Assembly: GCA_022561385.1 (NCBI GenBank)
Contig: JADFRG010000009.1
Location: 9,051 to 73,050 of the forward strand
DNA from: Chloroflexota bacterium
GTDB taxonomy: Bacteria; Chloroflexota; Anaerolineae; Anaerolineales; E44-bin32
Reading direction: 5' to 3'
Length of the DNA stretch: 64,000 nt
Part shown: piece after piece, positions 14,033-24,063 of the stretch
Layout: each line of letters opens with the position of its first letter
Position numbering within the stretch: the stretch's first letter is position 1
Program-made: the position numbers and the translations under genes
The notes under the pieces: generated by a model
Seen by the model: the letters and a program-made list of their open reading frames with translations, nothing else
Databases searched by the model: none
Told to the model about the DNA's origin: nothing

Positions 14033-14101
14033 GTGAACTACAAGCAGTTCACCTTCAACTACGATGAGATTGAAAAACGCAAGAAGTACGCCAAGGACTA
14101 A
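14033..14101 (+). CDS. 22-aa mini-ORF (V/M)[21 protein letters not shown], diverged copy of NuoC tail
   Basis: GTG start, TAA stop 11 nt before nuoD ATG; differences from NuoC tail are synonymous or conservative. Confidence 0.4.
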   Translation: MNYKQFTFNYDEIEKRKKYAKD

Positions 14102-14112
14102 TATCGCCGCGC

Positions 14113-15345
14113 ATGTCTGAAGTTCAAATGGAAATATCGGTCGACGAATTAAGGGGTCTCGTTTCAGACCGCGCGCTCGAAGGCGAAACGATGATCCTGA
14201 ACATGGGGCCACAACATCCCAGCACCCATGGAGTGCTCCGGCTGATCCTGGAGCTGGATGGCGAGACCGTCGTCAATTGTGTGCCAGACATTGGTTTCCT
14301 TCATACCGGCATCGAAAAGAACATGGAAGCCCTGACCTTTGAAAAGGCCTTGGTCATGACGGACCGCATGGATTACTTGAACAACCTGGGCAACAACCTC
14401 TGTTATTGCTTGGCGGTCGAAAAGCTCGTCGATCTGGACGTCCCGCCTCGGGCCCAGGTGGCGCGGGTGCTGCTCACTGAACTTACGAGAATCGCCTCCC
14501 ACCTGCTGTGGTTGGGAACCCACGCGCTCGACCTGGCGGCCATGTCCGTGTTTTTGTACACCTTCCGCGAGCGGGAGATCCTGTTGGATATCTTCGAAAT
14601 GTGCTCCGGGCAGAGGATGATGACCTCCTATTTCCGGCCGGGAGGTTTATGGCGAGATCTTCCGCAGGGTTTCGAGCAAGCCGTCACGCAATTTCTGGAA
14701 CTATTTCCAAAGCGGATCAGGGAATACGAAAGCCTGCTGACGGAAAATCCCATCTATATCGAACGCACAAAAGGGATCGGGGTCATTTCCTCGGAAGAAG
14801 CGTTGGAGATCGGACTCACGGGCCCGAATTTGCGAGCGACCGGAATTCCTTTTGACATGCGCAAGGCGAGGCCCTACAGCGGGTATGAGCAGTTCGAGTT
14901 TGAGGTGCCTACGGAGACCCACGGGGATGTGTATGACCGGTACCTGGTGCGCATGGAAGAAATGCGACAGTCGCTCCGCATCGTGCGGCAAGCGCTGGAC
15001 AAACTGCCGGACGGGCCGACCCGCAGCAACAACCGCAAGTTTGTCCCTCCGCCGCGATCAGAATTGGGGCACAGCATGGAGGCCGTCATTCACCACTTCA
15101 AATTGTGGACGGAGGGCTTTTCCGCTCCAGAAGGCACGGTCTACGTACCGGTCGAATCGCCGCGCGGCGTATTGGGATGTTTTCTGGTGGGAGATGGTGG
15201 GCCCAAACCACGACGGGTGCACTTTCGTACGCCCAGCTTTGCCAACCTGCAGGCGCTTCCCATGCTATCGCGGGGCCACCTGGTTGCAGACATTGTCGCC
15301 ATCATCAGCAGCCTGGATCCCATAATAGGCGATGTAGATCGGTAG
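14113..15345 (+). CDS. nuoD: NADH-quinone oxidoreductase subunit D
   Basis: NMGPQHPSTHGVLR, GFLHTGIEK, DRMDY, ESPRG, GDVDR end. Confidence 0.97.
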   Translation: MSEVQMEISVDELRGLVSDRALEGETMILNMGPQHPSTHGVLRLILELDGETVVNCVPDIGFLHTGIEKNMEALTFEKALVMTDRMDYLNNLGNNLCYCLAVEKLVDLDVPPRAQVARVLLTELTRIASHLLWLGTHALDLAAMSVFLYTFREREILLDIFEMCSGQRMMTSYFRPGGLWRDLPQGFEQAVTQFLELFPKRIREYESLLTENPIYIERTKGIGVISSEEALEIGLTGPNLRATGIPFDMRKARPYSGYEQFEFEVPTETHGDVYDRYLVRMEEMRQSLRIVRQALDKLPDGPTRSNNRKFVPPPRSELGHSMEAVIHHFKLWTEGFSAPEGTVYVPVESPRGVLGCFLVGDGGPKPRRVHFRTPSFANLQALPMLSRGHLVADIVAIISSLDPIIGDVDR

Positions 15346-15349
15346 AGCG

Positions 15350-15874
15350 GTGCTGGCAGAAAACTACACCCAGGAGATCGAAGCCATTCTGGCCAAATAT
15401 CCCTCCGACCAGAAACGATCGGCGGTTATGCCACTCTTGTTTCTGGCACAACGAGAGTATGGAACTCTGACCAATGAAGCGATTACCGAAGTGGGTGAAT
15501 TGATCGGACTCCAGACTACGGAAGTTGCCTCGCTGGTGGGTTTTTATTCCCTTTATCACGATCGACCGGGCGGCAAGTATCGCATCCAAGTCTGTACCGA
15601 TTTACCCTGTGCCCTGAAGGGCGCGCAAGCATTTGCAGATGAACTGTGTGAGAAATTGGATATCGAGATGGGAGAGACCACACCTGACGGCCAGGTCACC
15701 ATCGAGCAGGTGATGTGCCTGGCAGCGTGCGACCGCGCACCGCTGTTCCAGCTCCAGGGGCCGAACGGGTTTCGCTATCACGAGGATCAATCGATTGGCT
15801 CAGCCATGGCATTGATCGAGTCCCTCCGAGTAAGAGGCCAGGTTGACCGAGCACATCGTCTTACGGCATCGTGA
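15350..15874 (+). CDS. nuoE: NADH-quinone oxidoreductase subunit E
   Basis: VCTDLPC and CLAAC 2Fe-2S ligands. Confidence 0.93.
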   Translation: MLAENYTQEIEAILAKYPSDQKRSAVMPLLFLAQREYGTLTNEAITEVGELIGLQTTEVASLVGFYSLYHDRPGGKYRIQVCTDLPCALKGAQAFADELCEKLDIEMGETTPDGQVTIEQVMCLAACDRAPLFQLQGPNGFRYHEDQSIGSAMALIESLRVRGQVDRAHRLTAS

Positions 15875-17111
15875 TATAGAGCGGATCGACCAGCTCGAGG
15901 TCTACCTCGAGAACGGTGGCTTCAGAGCATTCGAGTCGATAGTCAGGAAGAAGTCACCTGAGCAGGTCATTGATATCGTCAAGAAGTCTGGACTACGAGG
16001 GCGAGGTGGGGCCGGGTTCCCTACCGGAGTTAAATGGAGCTTCCTCACCCCCGATGTCTACCCACGGTACGTTGTGGCTAACGCCGATGAGTCGGAGCCC
16101 GGTACCTTCAAGGACCGCGAGATCATGGAGCGCAACCCCTTCCAGTTTCTGGAAGGGGTTGCGATCTGCGCCTACGCGGCACAGGCCGAGGTGGCTTACA
16201 TCTATTGCCGGGCCGAGTTCTGGGATCTAACGCTCGAGCTAGATCGGAAAATCGAGCAGCTCAAGGAGGGTGGGCTGTTGGGTAAGAAACTCTTCGGGAG
16301 CGACTTCTCGCTGGAGATGTACACACACCTGGGGGCGGGCGCTTATATCTGCGGCGAAGAGACCGCGTTACTTGAATCGCTCGAGGGCAAGTTGGGGCAA
16401 CCGAGATTGCGCCCCCCGTTCCCCGCCGCGGAAGGTCTTTACGGAAAACCCACGGTGGTGAATAACGTTGAAACGCTCACAAATCTGCCTCTAATCATTG
16501 ACCGCGGCGTCGACTGGTATCGCAAGATCGGTACCGAAAAAAGCACCGGAACGAAGGTATTTTCGGTGTCCGGAAATATCGAACTCCCAGGAAACTACGA
16601 ATTGCCCCTCGGGACAACTTTTAGGGAACTGATCTTCGAACACGCGGGTGGCATCCCAAACGGCCACGCGATCAAGGCCATATTGCCGGCGGGCGCCTCG
16701 GCCCCGATTCTGCCCGCCTCCGACGAAGTTTTGGACACCAAGATGGACTATGAGTCGGTGCCGGAAGTTGGATCTTCGCTTGGGTCTGCCTCCATTATCG
16801 TGATCGACGAGACGGTGGATATCGCCTGGGTGGAATCCAAAATCACGGACTTCTTCGAGCACGAATCTTGTGGGAAGTGCACCCCCTGCCGAGACGGCAC
16901 CTATTGGATGAAGCACATCTTTGAGCGCATCATGGACGATACGGCCCAGGCCCACGAGATCGACCTGCTGCACACGGTGGGGATCGGGATTCAAGGCAAA
17001 TGTTTGTGTGCGTTGGGAGATTTCGCGGCGTTGGCGGTCACCACGGCGGTTGAGCGTTTCAGGCCGGATTTTGACCTTCACGTCCAGGGCAAGTCGAGCA
17101 AGGCCGCATGA
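15843..17111 (+). CDS. nuoF: NADH-quinone oxidoreductase subunit F
   Basis: GLRGRGGAGFPTG, NADESEPG, GAYICGEETALLESLEG, ESCGKCTPCR...CLC. Confidence 0.97.
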   Translation: MTEHIVLRHRDIERIDQLEVYLENGGFRAFESIVRKKSPEQVIDIVKKSGLRGRGGAGFPTGVKWSFLTPDVYPRYVVANADESEPGTFKDREIMERNPFQFLEGVAICAYAAQAEVAYIYCRAEFWDLTLELDRKIEQLKEGGLLGKKLFGSDFSLEMYTHLGAGAYICGEETALLESLEGKLGQPRLRPPFPAAEGLYGKPTVVNNVETLTNLPLIIDRGVDWYRKIGTEKSTGTKVFSVSGNIELPGNYELPLGTTFRELIFEHAGGIPNGHAIKAILPAGASAPILPASDEVLDTKMDYESVPEVGSSLGSASIIVIDETVDIAWVESKITDFFEHESCGKCTPCRDGTYWMKHIFERIMDDTAQAHEIDLLHTVGIGIQGKCLCALGDFAALAVTTAVERFRPDFDLHVQGKSSKAA

Positions 17112-19603
17112 GCGTCACTCTCACGATAGATGGCACCGAAGTGACCGTACCCGAAGGTACGCTGCTGGTGGACGCCGCCAAGCGGCGGGGCACGGACGTA
17201 CCGGTTTTCTGCTACCACCCCAAGATGAAGCCGGTAGGAATGTGCCGCGTTTGCCTGGTTGAGATCGGGCGCCCGGCTCGTGACCGGGCAACCGGCGAGT
17301 CGCTTCTGGATGAATCCGGCGACCCGTTGATCCAGTTTGGCCCGAACCTCGAGACGGCTTGTACGATTACCGTCGGACAAGGTTGGCAAGTACGGGTTTC
17401 GAGTGAGAAAGCGATTCAGGGACGCAAAGAGATCGTTGAATACTTGCTGACCTCCCACCCGCTCGACTGCCCGATTTGCGACAAGGGTGGAGAGTGCCCG
17501 CTCCAAGATCTGACGATGGGGCACGGTTCGGGCGAAAGTCGGTTCCTCTTCGACGACAAAATTCGTCTCGCCAAGCGCTACCCCCTCGGCGAGCTGATCT
17601 TCCTTGATCGGGAGCGATGCATCCAATGCGCCCGATGTACTCGCTTCCAGGACGAGATCGTGGGCGACCCGGTTATTGGCTTCTATGAGCGCGGGCGTCG
17701 GCTCGAAATCGTCACCTATTCGGATCCGGGATTTGACTCCTATTTCTCCGGCAATACCACCGACATTTGCCCGGTGGGTGCGCTGACGACCGCCGACTTC
17801 CGATTTGGGGCACGCCCCTGGGAGCTCAATTCAGCGGCCTCGATCTGCCCACATTGTCCGGTCGGTTGTAATCTGACCTTGAGCACCCGTCGCGAGGCGA
17901 GCAATGCTGGGCGGGATGTTGTAAAGCGGGTCATGCCGCGCCAAAACGAGCAGGTCAACGAGATATGGATATGTGACAAAGGCCGCTTCGTCCACCACTA
18001 CGCGCGCAGCCCGGAGCGTTTGACTAGCCCGCGGGTACGAAAGAATGGGAAGCTGGTCAAGGCCTCATGGAATGAGGCGCTGACGCGCGCGGCCGAAGGA
18101 CTGAAAGGTGCCGCCTCGAGTGCGGTGGGCATTGCCAGCGGCCGCCTGATGAATGAAGACTTATTTAACTTGAAGGAGCTGATGGCGGCATTGGGCGGCA
18201 GAGCCATCCTTGTAGATTCCATGGCGGGTGGCAACCTCATTCAACGCTACGGTGTTGGGGTGGGGAGTAATCTCGGATCGCTTGGCAAAAGAGACGCGGT
18301 CCTGGTGATCGCCGCAGATCTGCATGAGGAGGCCCCCATTTGGTGGTTGCGGCTCAAGCAGGCCGCGGAACGAGGCACCACCCTAATCGTGGCGAATGCC
18401 CGGGCGACCCGCCTCGACGATTACGCTAAGCACCGCGTGCGATATGGCCCGGGTGAGGCCGTACAGGCGGCCCTGGGTTTACTTCATCTCAATGGAGGAG
18501 ATCCGGAGCTGGCGCGTTTCGAAGGGGATCGTGCCCTGAAATCGGCGGCAAGGGCGATCAAGCGGGCGCGGAATGTAACCATATTTTTCGGTCAGGAGGG
18601 CTTGAACTACGCGGGGACCGAGGCGCTGGCCCGCGCCTGCGCGCTGATCACCGAATCTAAGGGGCGTGTGGGAAAGTCGAACAACGGGCTCGTGGCCGTG
18701 TGGCCGCGCGCGAACACTCAAGGTGCATGGGATATGGGGTTGCGCCCTGAGCCGGCGGGTTTGCACCGTGCTCTCGCTGGTGCGGTAGCGGCATACATCG
18801 TGGCGGCAGATCCAGTCGGCGACGACCCGGCCGCCGCGGCGCCATTCGAGAAGCTTTCGACGCTCATTGTGCAGGACCTATTCCTGACCGCCACCGCGGA
18901 GCTGGCAGACGTGGTCCTTCCCGCGCAAGCCTTCGTGGAGCGAGCGGGCACATTTACCAGCGGTGAGCGCAGAGTACAGCGACTATATCCTGCGGTCGGC
19001 GCCCTTGCGGGGAGCCTCCCGGACTGGAAGATCGTGGCGAATTTGGCTCACCGGCTGGAAGTGGATCTAGAAGATAAGGCGGCCCCGCTGGTGTTTGAGC
19101 GCATCGCGGCTGCGGTCCCAGACTACTTGGGGCTTAGCTACGATGATCTGGCGGCGGTCGAGCCGCAGTGGCCGGAAGTGGGCGGAGCGGACCTTTACTT
19201 CGGCGGGACGGCCTATGCCAACAAACAAGGGCTGGGAGTCCAACTCGCTCCGCGCGGCGCCGGCCGACCTTTGAAGTGGAAGGCGCCCCCAAGGGCAAGC
19301 GCCGGTAAAGATCTGCTGTTAACGCCGGTCACGGTGCTTTACGATCGAGGCAGCGCGCTGCGACACTCCCGTTTGCTGGAGGGCCGGATCGCTCCTCTTC
19401 AATTGATTTTGCATCCTGATGAAATTGAGCGGCTGGGGCTCTCCGAGGCGGGCGAGGTGGAGATCAGTTGGGATGGACGATCGGAGCGGCTGAAATTTGC
19501 GGCCAGCACCGACGTCCCGCCTGGTTCCGCGCTCGTTCCACGTGGCGCCGGGCTGGCACTGTCGGATCCGACCCCGGTAACGGTAAGGCGCTCGAATTCA
19601 TGA
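17108..19603 (+). CDS. nuoG: NADH-quinone oxidoreductase subunit G
   Basis: FCYH..GMCRVC (N1b), HPLDCPICDKGGEC (N5), CIQCARC (N4), CPHCPVGC...C (N7). Confidence 0.96.
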   Translation: MSVTLTIDGTEVTVPEGTLLVDAAKRRGTDVPVFCYHPKMKPVGMCRVCLVEIGRPARDRATGESLLDESGDPLIQFGPNLETACTITVGQGWQVRVSSEKAIQGRKEIVEYLLTSHPLDCPICDKGGECPLQDLTMGHGSGESRFLFDDKIRLAKRYPLGELIFLDRERCIQCARCTRFQDEIVGDPVIGFYERGRRLEIVTYSDPGFDSYFSGNTTDICPVGALTTADFRFGARPWELNSAASICPHCPVGCNLTLSTRREASNAGRDVVKRVMPRQNEQVNEIWICDKGRFVHHYARSPERLTSPRVRKNGKLVKASWNEALTRAAEGLKGAASSAVGIASGRLMNEDLFNLKELMAALGGRAILVDSMAGGNLIQRYGVGVGSNLGSLGKRDAVLVIAADLHEEAPIWWLRLKQAAERGTTLIVANARATRLDDYAKHRVRYGPGEAVQAALGLLHLNGGDPELARFEGDRALKSAARAIKRARNVTIFFGQEGLNYAGTEALARACALITESKGRVGKSNNGLVAVWPRANTQGAWDMGLRPEPAGLHRALAGAVAAYIVAADPVGDDPAAAAPFEKLSTLIVQDLFLTATAELADVVLPAQAFVERAGTFTSGERRVQRLYPAVGALAGSLPDWKIVANLAHRLEVDLEDKAAPLVFERIAAAVPDYLGLSYDDLAAVEPQWPEVGGADLYFGGTAYANKQGLGVQLAPRGAGRPLKWKAPPRASAGKDLLLTPVTVLYDRGSALRHSRLLEGRIAPLQLILHPDEIERLGLSEAGEVEISWDGRSERLKFAASTDVPPGSALVPRGAGLALSDPTPVTVRRSNS

Positions 19604-20610
19604 TTTCGATAGTTTCTGTAGCGGAGTGGATCATAAAGTCCCTTGTGCTCATAACCATCATCCTGGGCGGCTTCGCCTATCTGACGTTGTTTGAACGGCG
19701 CGCATTGGCGCGGATGCAAGCTCGCATCGGCCCTAACCGAGCCGGGCCGGCCGGCCTGCTTCAGCCAGTTGCTGACGGCATCAAGCTGATGTTCAAAGAG
19801 GAGCTGATCCCGGACCGGGCGGACAAGGTGTTATTTGTTCTGGCTCCCATTATTACCGTGGTGCCGGTGCTGCTGCTTCTGGCCGTTATTCCGCTGGGTC
19901 CCGACATCGAAATATTCGGTCAGCAATTTAGCCTGGGGTTGGCCTCCGAGATCGATGTGGGTGTGCTCTTCATACTCGCGGTTGCCTCAATCGCCGTTTA
20001 CGGCATCGTGATTGCCGGCTGGTCGTCTTACAGTAAGTATTCGCTCCTGGGCGCGCTGCGCGCTTCGGCCCAGATGATCAGCTACGAGCTTGCGCTGGGA
20101 TTGGCGATTATCGGGCCGATCTTGCTCGCGGGATCTCTAAGCGTGGCGGATATCGTGGCCGATCAACAACGACTCTGGTACGTGGTCTTGCAACCGATCG
20201 GGTTCTTGATCTTCCTGATCGCTTCAATGGCGGAGATCAATCGTGCGCCTTTCGACATGTCGGAGGCGGAACAGGAGCTGACCGGCGGCTACCACACCGA
20301 ATATTCGGGCATGAAATTTGCGGTTTTCTTCATGGCCGAGTATGGGAAGATGATCGCGGTCAGCTTTGTGGCGGCTACCCTGTTCCTCGGGGGCTACTGG
20401 GGACCGTTTGTTGATCGAATCGCCTTGCTGGGACCGATATATCTGTTTGCGAAGGTGGTGGCGATATTGTTCTTAATGATTTGGATACGAGCGACCTGGC
20501 CGCGGCTGCGTTACGATCGGCTGATGGCATTCGGATGGAAGATCCTTCTTCCAGTTGGACTGCTTAACGTCGTGATCACGGGCGGCCTCATCGTGGTGTT
20601 GAACTTATGA
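19600..20610 (+). CDS. nuoH: NADH-quinone oxidoreductase subunit H (start revised to ATG 19600)
   Basis: ERR..ARMQARIGPN, QPVADGIKL, AQMISYE, RAPFD..EAEQEL, RLRYD; ATGA-type overlap with nuoG. Confidence 0.96.
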   Translation: MISIVSVAEWIIKSLVLITIILGGFAYLTLFERRALARMQARIGPNRAGPAGLLQPVADGIKLMFKEELIPDRADKVLFVLAPIITVVPVLLLLAVIPLGPDIEIFGQQFSLGLASEIDVGVLFILAVASIAVYGIVIAGWSSYSKYSLLGALRASAQMISYELALGLAIIGPILLAGSLSVADIVADQQRLWYVVLQPIGFLIFLIASMAEINRAPFDMSEAEQELTGGYHTEYSGMKFAVFFMAEYGKMIAVSFVAATLFLGGYWGPFVDRIALLGPIYLFAKVVAILFLMIWIRATWPRLRYDRLMAFGWKILLPVGLLNVVITGGLIVVLNL

Positions 20611-21110
20611 ATCCGCTCGAGCTCTTGCGTGGATTAGCTACCACGTTGTCCATGATGTTCGAGCGGCCCGTCACTTACCAGTACCCTGAGATCAAGCGCC
20701 CGGTCCGCGAGCGGTTCAAGGGACGGCACGAGCTGAAGCGCTACGACAATGGACTCGAGAAATGTATCGGTTGCTCGCTTTGCGCGGCCGCCTGCCCGGC
20801 AGACGCCATTTTCGTGGAGTCGGCAGAAAACACCGACGAGGAGCGATATTCCCCCGGCGAGCGCTACGCGAGCACATATGAGATCAACATGCTGCGCTGC
20901 ATCTTTTGCGGGTACTGCGAAGATGCATGCCCAACCGAGGCCATCGTCCTGGAACATAACTACGAGCTTTCATTTACAAATCGCCGAGATGCCATCTACA
21001 CGCGGGACATGTTGCTCGTGCCGGCGCCCGAGCATGGACGTCCGACGCCGATGGTAACTGCGCCCCGAGAATTTGACCGTTCCATCCCAGAGATGGCCGA
21101 TCCACAGTAA
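20607..21110 (+). CDS. nuoI: NADH-quinone oxidoreductase subunit I
   Basis: CIGCSLCAAACP and CIFCGYCEDACP. Confidence 0.97.
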   Translation: MNPLELLRGLATTLSMMFERPVTYQYPEIKRPVRERFKGRHELKRYDNGLEKCIGCSLCAAACPADAIFVESAENTDEERYSPGERYASTYEINMLRCIFCGYCEDACPTEAIVLEHNYELSFTNRRDAIYTRDMLLVPAPEHGRPTPMVTAPREFDRSIPEMADPQ

Positions 21111-21184
21111 GAGCCAGGTATTTAAACGACAGCTTAGGAAGGGTCGGAGAAGGGCCTGCGCGGCCCGAGCCATCGAAGTAACGC

Positions 21185-21697
21185 ATGACCGTTGAATTAG
21201 CGATCTTCCTGGGCCTGGCCGTTGTCGCGGTGGGTGCTTCTATCGCCATGCTGGTCAGCCGGAACGCAGTTTATTCGGCGCTCTTCTTGGTCATCGTATT
21301 GTTCGCCATCGCGGTGCTCTACTTGCTGCTGTCGGCGGCTTTCATAGCCATGGTTCAGGTAGCAGTTTATGCCGGCGCCATCATGGTCCTTTTCCTTTTT
21401 GTAATCATGCTGCTGGGTACGGAAAACGTAGAATCCGAGTCACGCCGCCCCTGGCAATTCGCAGCCGCGCTGGTGCTCAGTTATGTTCTCATCATCCAAT
21501 TCCTGGTCGTCGCAATTGTCCTGCCCGGCGATTTTGGGGGCGAATTTGGCGCGCTGGTGGATGGCTTTGGCGGTCCTGCGAGTATAGGAATCCTGCTCTT
21601 CAAGGAGTATCTGGTTCCATTTGAAGTGACCTCGCTCTTGCTGTTGGCCGCCATGGTGGGCGCCATTGTCCTGACTCGTCGGGAGAGTTCGAGATGA
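21185..21697 (+). CDS. nuoJ: NADH-quinone oxidoreductase subunit J
   Basis: [30 protein letters not shown]. Confidence 0.96.
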   Translation: MTVELAIFLGLAVVAVGASIAMLVSRNAVYSALFLVIVLFAIAVLYLLLSAAFIAMVQVAVYAGAIMVLFLFVIMLLGTENVESESRRPWQFAAALVLSYVLIIQFLVVAIVLPGDFGGEFGALVDGFGGPASIGILLFKEYLVPFEVTSLLLLAAMVGAIVLTRRESSR

Positions 21698-22005
21698 TCC
21701 CGGGAGTATCGATGATCCATATCCTGATCCTTTCGGGGGTGCTCTTCACGCTCGGGGCTCTGGGAGTGCTTATTCGGCGAAATGCGATTGTGATGTTTAT
21801 GTCTATCGAGCTGATGCTGAATGCCGCCAATCTGGCCTTTGTAGGCTTTGCGAGATCCATGGGCGCCCTGAGCGGCCAGGTATTTGTGTTTTTTGTCATC
21901 GCGGTGGCCGCCGCGGAGGTGGCGATTGGACTGGCGCTGATTGTCGCGGTCTACCGCAACCGAGGCAGCATCGATGTTGACATGGTGAGCGATCTCAAAG
22001 GATGA
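21694..22005 (+). CDS. nuoK: NADH-quinone oxidoreductase subunit K
   Basis: [21 protein letters not shown]. Confidence 0.96.
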   Translation: MIPGVSMIHILILSGVLFTLGALGVLIRRNAIVMFMSIELMLNAANLAFVGFARSMGALSGQVFVFFVIAVAAAEVAIGLALIVAVYRNRGSIDVDMVSDLKG

Positions 22006-24047
22006 CCGCAGATACTCTTTTCAGCCTGGCTCCGCTTGTAATCCTATTCCCGCTCCTGGGTTTTGTCTTCAACCTGGTCGCCGGACGCCGCATCAGCGAA
22101 CGTGGGGCGGGAATCGTGGCCAGCGCGGCGGTGGGGCTTGCGTTTGTGATTGCCATACTGCAGTTCGTCGCGTTGGGATTGGATCCGGCCGGCGCCACGA
22201 TACACATCGCAGAATGGATCGCGATCGGGGAGCTCGAAGTCGATTGGGCGCTCCAAATTGACACACTGTCCGTGACCATGCTGCTTATGGTCACGGGAGT
22301 GGGCGGGCTCATCCACATCTATGCCATTGGCTACATGCACGACGATGTCCGCTTTCAGGGCGACCCCTCCCGCTTCCCACGGTTCTTCGTCTACTTCAGT
22401 CTTTTCATGACCGCCATGCTGATTCTGGTCACGGGAAACAGCTATCTGACTATGTTCGTGGGCTGGGAAGGCGTGGGGTTGAGCTCCTACCTGCTGATCA
22501 GTTTCTGGTATGAGAAGGGCGAGAACGGGATCGGGAACGCGCTGGCTGGCAAAAAAGCCTTTATCGTCAATCGTGTCGGAGATCTGGGTTTCATCATCGC
22601 TATGTTGATCACCTTCTGGTTTTTCGGCACGCTGACATTTGAAGAGGTCTTCAGTGAAGCGGAGGCTATGGGGGCCGCCGCGGTGACCGCCGCCACCGCC
22701 ATTACGCTCTTTCTTTTCGTTGGCGCGGCCGGAAAGTCGGCCCAGATTCCGCTTTTTGTATGGTTGCCCGACGCCATGGCCGGACCGACTCCAGTTTCGG
22801 CCCTTATCCACGCCGCAACGATGGTTACGGCGGGCATCTACATGCTCGTACGTAATGCACCGCTGCTCGAGCTGGCGACCGTGACGCCGAACGTCATCGC
22901 AATTGTCGGAGCCGCTACCGCGCTGCTTGCGGCCAGCATCGCGGTCGCTCGTTTTGACATCAAGCGCGTGCTCGCTTATTCCACGATCAGTCAACTGGGG
23001 TTCATGATCGCGGCGGTGGGGATCGGAGCCTATGTAGCCGCTATCTTCCACCTTGTAGCGCATGCCTTCTTCAAAGCGCTGCTGTTTCTCTCGGCTGGTT
23101 CAGTGATCCAGGGAGTAGAACACGGCCACCACCACGCGGATTCGGCCGAGGAGGACTTCAATCCAAACGACATGCGAGTCATGGGTGGCTTGCGAACGCG
23201 GATGAAGGTCACTTTTTGGGTGTATCTGATCGGTGCGCTGGCGCTGGCGGGCATTCCGCCGCTGGCAGGTTTCTTCTCCAAGGATGAGATTCTTGCGGAC
23301 GCCTCGCATGTGAATCCGGCCGTTTATTGGGTGCTTGTACTGGCCGCATTTCTGACCGCATTTTATATGGGGCGACAGGTCCTGATGGTTTTCTTCGGTA
23401 AGCCGCGCTCGAAGGCCGCCGAGGCCACCAAGGAAAGCCCCGCCACTATGGTGGCCCCGCTCGTAGCGCTTGCGGTCCTGGCCGTGGGCGGCGGCCTGAT
23501 CAACGCGCCCGGCCTGCTCCCGCTCACGCGCTTCCTTCAAGAGACCCTGGCCGGCATCGAGGAGCCGGAGTTCATCGCCGCGATCGCGATTTTAACCACG
23601 CTTCTAGCATTGGCCTCAATTGGCCTGGCCTGGTTGCTGTATGGCCGCCGCCCCATAAAATCCCGCGCGCCCGATCCGCTGCAATCCAGGCTCGGACCGG
23701 TGTGGATTGCGATCCGCCATCGGTGGTGGGTCGATGAGTTTTACGATTGGTTGATCGTCAGACGTTATGTTTCTATGGCGCGCTGGTTGGCTGAGGTGGC
23801 GGACGAGAGATTTTTACATGATTGGGTCCACGATAGGGTGATCGCGCTCGGCTACGTTCGGGCCACCCATTGGCTGGCCAGCGTACTCGATCTCAGGTTT
23901 ATCGATCGTGGATTCGATGGCCTGGGGGCGCTTACGCGCAGGGGCGCCAGTGGGTTAGGAGTGCTGCAAACCGGATACGTGCGCAATTATGCTGCCGCGG
24001 TGTTCATCGGACTGGTGCTTGTGGTGAGTTACTTGCTCCTGAGCTAG
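22002..24047 (+). CDS. nuoL: NADH-quinone oxidoreductase subunit L
   Basis: [64 protein letters not shown]. Confidence 0.97.
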   Translation: MTADTLFSLAPLVILFPLLGFVFNLVAGRRISERGAGIVASAAVGLAFVIAILQFVALGLDPAGATIHIAEWIAIGELEVDWALQIDTLSVTMLLMVTGVGGLIHIYAIGYMHDDVRFQGDPSRFPRFFVYFSLFMTAMLILVTGNSYLTMFVGWEGVGLSSYLLISFWYEKGENGIGNALAGKKAFIVNRVGDLGFIIAMLITFWFFGTLTFEEVFSEAEAMGAAAVTAATAITLFLFVGAAGKSAQIPLFVWLPDAMAGPTPVSALIHAATMVTAGIYMLVRNAPLLELATVTPNVIAIVGAATALLAASIAVARFDIKRVLAYSTISQLGFMIAAVGIGAYVAAIFHLVAHAFFKALLFLSAGSVIQGVEHGHHHADSAEEDFNPNDMRVMGGLRTRMKVTFWVYLIGALALAGIPPLAGFFSKDEILADASHVNPAVYWVLVLAAFLTAFYMGRQVLMVFFGKPRSKAAEATKESPATMVAPLVALAVLAVGGGLINAPGLLPLTRFLQETLAGIEEPEFIAAIAILTTLLALASIGLAWLLYGRRPIKSRAPDPLQSRLGPVWIAIRHRWWVDEFYDWLIVRRYVSMARWLAEVADERFLHDWVHDRVIALGYVRATHWLASVLDLRFIDRGFDGLGALTRRGASGLGVLQTGYVRNYAAAVFIGLVLVVSYLLLS

Positions 24048-24063
24048 AGATTAAGGAAACCAT

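Larger units (their letters stand above)
13872..14101 (+). repeat. 86-bp-period tandem repeat of nuoC 3' end (2 identical copies + 1 diverged partial copy)
   Basis: GCAGTTCACCTTCAACT starts at 13872, 13958 and 14044; 13872-13957 equals 13958-14043. Confidence 0.95.

Noticed and set aside
13872-14101. CRISPR array interpretation of the nuoC repeats (and of the attC series)
   Set aside because: Spacers are identical and repeats are coding; attC sites are separated by whole genes; no cas genes
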